Shown piece by piece: positions 60,907 through 64,000 of a DNA stretch of 64,000 nt. Source of the stretch: an uncultured delta proteobacterium (GTDB taxonomy: Bacteria; Myxococcota; UBA727; VGSZ01); assembly GCA_963775425.1 (NCBI GenBank), contig CAVZJB010000012.1, forward strand, positions 64,001 to 128,000, given 5' to 3'. The notes below the pieces were generated by a model. The model was not told the DNA's origin, ran no database searches, and saw only the letters and a list, made by a program, of their open reading frames with translations. Position 1 is the stretch's first letter; every line of letters starts with the position of its first letter. A program made the translations under genes and the position numbers.

Positions 60907-63543
60907 ATGAGCGGAGCGAAGTTCGTCGTCCTGAAATTCGGTGGCACCAGCGTCGCCACGGCGGGGCGCTGGAAGACCATCCTCGACGAGGCCAACAAGC
61001 GCGTCGCCGCGGGCGAGAAGCCCGTGTTGGTCTGCTCCGCCATCAGCAAGATGTCGGACGCGCTCGAGCGCCTCGTCGACGAGGCCGTCGCCGGCCGGCA
61101 CGAGCCCGCGCTCGCCCGCGTGCGCGCCCGGCACGAGGAGCTCGCGCGCGATCTCGGCGTGGACCTCGAGGCCTGCGTCGGCGAGGAGCTCAAGGAGATC
61201 GAGCGGCTCGCCGTCGGCGCCTCCCTGCTGCGCGAAAAGAGCGTGCGCCTGGTGGCGCGCACCATGGCGATGGGCGAGATCCTCTCCACCAAGCTCGGCG
61301 CCGCCTTCATGAACGCGCAGGGGCTCGCCACCGAGTGGGTCGACGCGCGCACCTGCTTCGTCTCGGTCGACGACCCGCTGCGGCCCGAGGCGGGCAGGGT
61401 GCTCTCCGCCGTCGTCGGCGACGACAAGGACCCCGCGCTCCAGGCGCGCTTCGCCGCCGCCGGCGCCGCCTGCATCCTCACGCAGGGCTTCATCGCGCGC
61501 GACAAAGACGGCGGCACCGTCCTCCTCGGCCGCGGCGGCTCCGACACCTCGGCCGCGTACTTCGCCGCCAAGCTCCACGCCGCGCGCTGCGAGATCTGGA
61601 CCGACGTGCCCGGCATCTTCTCCGCGGATCCGCGCGTCCTGCCCGGCGCCATCCTCGTGAAGGCCGCGAGCTACGGCGAGGCGCAGGAGATCGCTTCGAT
61701 GGGTGCGAAAGTGTTGCATCCACGCTCCATCGCGCCCTGCCGCAAGAACCGCGTGCCCATGCAGATCCGCTGGACCGACCGCCCCGACATGGAGGGCACG
61801 GTCATCGAGAAGAGTGAGCGCACCGGCGAGGGGCAGGTGAAGGCCATCTGCCACAAGCGCGGCATCACGCTCATCTCCATGGAGACCCAGGGCATGTGGC
61901 AGCAGGTCGGCTTCCTCGCCGACGTCTTCCAGTGCTTCAAGGCGCGCGGCTTGAGCGTCGATCTCGTCTCTACCAGCGAGATGAACGTCACCGCGTCCCT
62001 CGACGCCAGCGCCAACACCCTCGACGCCGCGACCCTCGACGGCCTCGCCAAGGACCTCGGGCGCTTCTGCCGCGCCAAGGTCATCCCCGCGTGCGCCGCC
62101 GTCAGCCTCGTCGGGCGCCGCATCCGCGCCATCCTCCACCAGCTCGGCCCGGTGCTGAGCGTGTTCGAGGAGCACAAGATCCACCTGGTGTCGCAGGCGG
62201 CCAGCGACCTCAACCTCACCTTCGTCGTCGACGAAGACCAGGCCGAGCGGCTGGTGCGCTCGCTGCACGCGCTGTTGTTCCTGCCCGGCAAGCTGCCGGC
62301 GCAGACCTTCGGACCGCAGTGGCGCGAGCTGTTCGAGGGGCCTGCGTCCACCAAGCCGGTGGCCGCGCACGTCCCCTCCTGGTGGCGCCAACGCAAAGAC
62401 GAGCTCGTGGCGTTGGCCAAGGCGCACAGCCCGCTGTACGTCTACGACGAGGGCACCCTGGACGACGCCATCGCCGCGGTGCAGGCGCTGTCGTCGGTGG
62501 ATCGCGCGTTCTACGCGCTCAAGGCCAATTCGCACGTCGACATCCTGAGAAAGATGGAGGCGGCCGGGCTCGGCTTCGAGTGCGTCTCCATCGGCGAGCT
62601 CGAGCATGTCCGCAACGTCTGCCGCGGCATCGATCCGCAGCGGCTCCTCTACACGCCGAACTTCGCGTCACGCGCAGAGGTCCAGCAGGCGCTGGCGCTC
62701 GACGTCGACCGCGGCGGCGTCCGCGTCACCGTGGACAGCGTGTTCGCGCTCGAGCGCTGGGGAGAGCTGTTCAGCGGCCGCGACATCTTCCTGCGCCTCG
62801 ACCCGGGGGCCGGCCGCGGCCACCACGAGTACGTGAGGACCGGCGGCCAGCAATCCAAGTTCGGCATCGCCGCTGCCGACCTCGACAGGCTGCCGGCCCT
62901 CGTGGACAAGGCCGGCGCCACCGTGGTCGGCCTGCACGCCCACTCGGGCTCGGGGATCCTCGAGGCGGACGCGTGGGCGGAGGTGGCCATGTTCCTCGCC
63001 GACGCCGCCGAGCGCTTCCCCGCGGTCGGCATCCTCGACGTCGGCGGCGGCCTCGGCGTCCCCGAGAAGCCCGGCCAGGCGGCCCTGGACCTCGCCGCTC
63101 TCGATTCGTCACTCACCAAAGTGAAGAAGGCACGGCCCCGCTTCCAGCTCTGGCTCGAGCCCGGGCGCTTCCTGGTGGCGCGCGCGGGCGCGCTGTTGGC
63201 GCGGGTGACGCAGGTGAAGCACAAGGGGCCGCTGACCTTCGTGGGCGTCGACGCGGGCATGAACGCGCTCATCCGGCCCGCGCTCTACGGCGCATATCAC
63301 GAGATCGTGAACCTCACCCGCCTCGACGAGCGGACGGCGCAGACGGCCACCATCGTCGGCCCCATCTGCGAGACCGGCGACGTGCTCGGCCACCAACGCC
63401 GCATCGCCACGGCGCGCGAGGGTGACGTGATGCTCATCGGAACCACCGGGGCCTACGGGCGCTCGATGTCGTCGCGCTACAACCTCAGGGAGCCGCCGCC
63501 GGAGCTGTTCCTCCCAAGAGCCCCGCGCGCTGCCACCACTTGA
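60907..63543 (+). CDS. Bifunctional aspartate kinase / diaminopimelate decarboxylase
   Basis: 'VLKFGGTSV', 'LGRGGSDTSA', 'IWTDVPG', ACT domains; then 'YALKAN', 'SKFG', 'HAHSGSG', 'DVGGG', 'EPGR', 'GPICETGD', 'GAYG'. Confidence 0.95.
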   Translation: MSGAKFVVLKFGGTSVATAGRWKTILDEANKRVAAGEKPVLVCSAISKMSDALERLVDEAVAGRHEPALARVRARHEELARDLGVDLEACVGEELKEIERLAVGASLLREKSVRLVARTMAMGEILSTKLGAAFMNAQGLATEWVDARTCFVSVDDPLRPEAGRVLSAVVGDDKDPALQARFAAAGAACILTQGFIARDKDGGTVLLGRGGSDTSAAYFAAKLHAARCEIWTDVPGIFSADPRVLPGAILVKAASYGEAQEIASMGAKVLHPRSIAPCRKNRVPMQIRWTDRPDMEGTVIEKSERTGEGQVKAICHKRGITLISMETQGMWQQVGFLADVFQCFKARGLSVDLVSTSEMNVTASLDASANTLDAATLDGLAKDLGRFCRAKVIPACAAVSLVGRRIRAILHQLGPVLSVFEEHKIHLVSQAASDLNLTFVVDEDQAERLVRSLHALLFLPGKLPAQTFGPQWRELFEGPASTKPVAAHVPSWWRQRKDELVALAKAHSPLYVYDEGTLDDAIAAVQALSSVDRAFYALKANSHVDILRKMEAAGLGFECVSIGELEHVRNVCRGIDPQRLLYTPNFASRAEVQQALALDVDRGGVRVTVDSVFALERWGELFSGRDIFLRLDPGAGRGHHEYVRTGGQQSKFGIAAADLDRLPALVDKAGATVVGLHAHSGSGILEADAWAEVAMFLADAAERFPAVGILDVGGGLGVPEKPGQAALDLAALDSSLTKVKKARPRFQLWLEPGRFLVARAGALLARVTQVKHKGPLTFVGVDAGMNALIRPALYGAYHEIVNLTRLDERTAQTATIVGPICETGDVLGHQRRIATAREGDVMLIGTTGAYGRSMSSRYNLREPPPELFLPRAPRAATT

Positions 63544-64000
63544 GGACGAGGGCGGCGCTCTCGGCGGGCCGCTCGATCATCGGGGCGTGACCGGTCTCCC
63601 TCATGACGACGACGTCGTGGCCGGGGAGGCGCGCGCGCCACAGCGGGACCACGCTCGGGTCGATGAGCCGGTCGGTGTCGCCCCACACGACGAGCGTGGG
63701 CGGCTCGAGCTTTTCGACCTCGCCCTCGATGGGCTTGTCCTTTTTGTGGATGTCGGCGCTGATCTTCTTGGCCATCTCGTAGCCGGCCGCGGCTTCGGCG
63801 GCGAAGTGCGCCTTGAGGAAGTCGGGGATGGCGGGGGGCTTCACGAACGACATCTTCATGAGGCGGTCGAAGCCGGCGGCGTCCTTGATGAGGAGCGGTT
63901 CGTTGCCCTGCTTGGTGAGGGCGTCCATGGGGCTCGGCTTGGGCGACGGGATGCCGCTCGGGTCGAAGAGCACCAGCGACTCGACGTCGCCGGGGTGGGC
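63485..64000 (-). CDS. Alpha/beta hydrolase (5'-partial)
   Basis: 'PTLVVWGDTDRLID...ETGHAPMIERP'; frame runs off the window end. Confidence 0.85.
   Translation of the reverse strand, partial: AHPGDVESLVLFDPSGIPSPKPSPMDALTKQGNEPLLIKDAAGFDRLMKMSFVKPPAIPDFLKAHFAAEAAAGYEMAKKISADIHKKDKPIEGEVEKLEPPTLVVWGDTDRLIDPSVVPLWRARLPGHDVVVMRETGHAPMIERPAESAALVLKWWQRAGLLGGTAPAAAP

Noticed and set aside
60907-63543. Aspartokinase-DAP decarboxylase fusion as a novelty
   Set aside because: Already known from Xanthomonadales, Legionella and others.

Overview
Very GC-rich bacterial chromosomal window. The gene content (GEGEGE-linker lipoproteins, Ser/Thr kinases, ECF/zf-HC2 module, Cys-rich TolB-like proteins) suggests Myxococcota/Deltaproteobacteria; this is an inference. 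Contents in order: (1) 1-20.7 kb, surface and signalling genes, interrupted by an apparently intact IS110 element. Its non-coding end shows a readable bridge-RNA architecture whose four guide segments match its own ends and insertion site, and it sits exactly at a stop/start overlap in an ECF sigma operon. (2) ~21.6-39.4 kb, a defence island: HTH-WYL regulator, stand-alone DEDDh exonuclease, type I-E CRISPR-Cas (cas3-cas8e-cas11-cas7-cas5-cas6e-cas1-cas2) and an array of ~106 repeats (hand count). The block is bracketed by a ~146-bp inverted repeat pair, with IS66-like and group II intron RT-like scraps at the right edge. (3) 39.8-64 kb, housekeeping/accessory genes: MFS transporters, divergent peptidoglycan-binding paralogues, Na+/H+ antiporter, kinase, C-type lectin protein, an isolated nuoG-nuoH pair, a degenerate PEP-utilising enzyme, DUF697/HEAT genes, P450, aspartokinase-DAP decarboxylase fusion and an alpha/beta hydrolase. 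Several single-base frameshifts (~5350, ~7140, ~15460, ~28755 in cas7) look like long-read indel errors. All calls come from manual motif reading; no searches were run.
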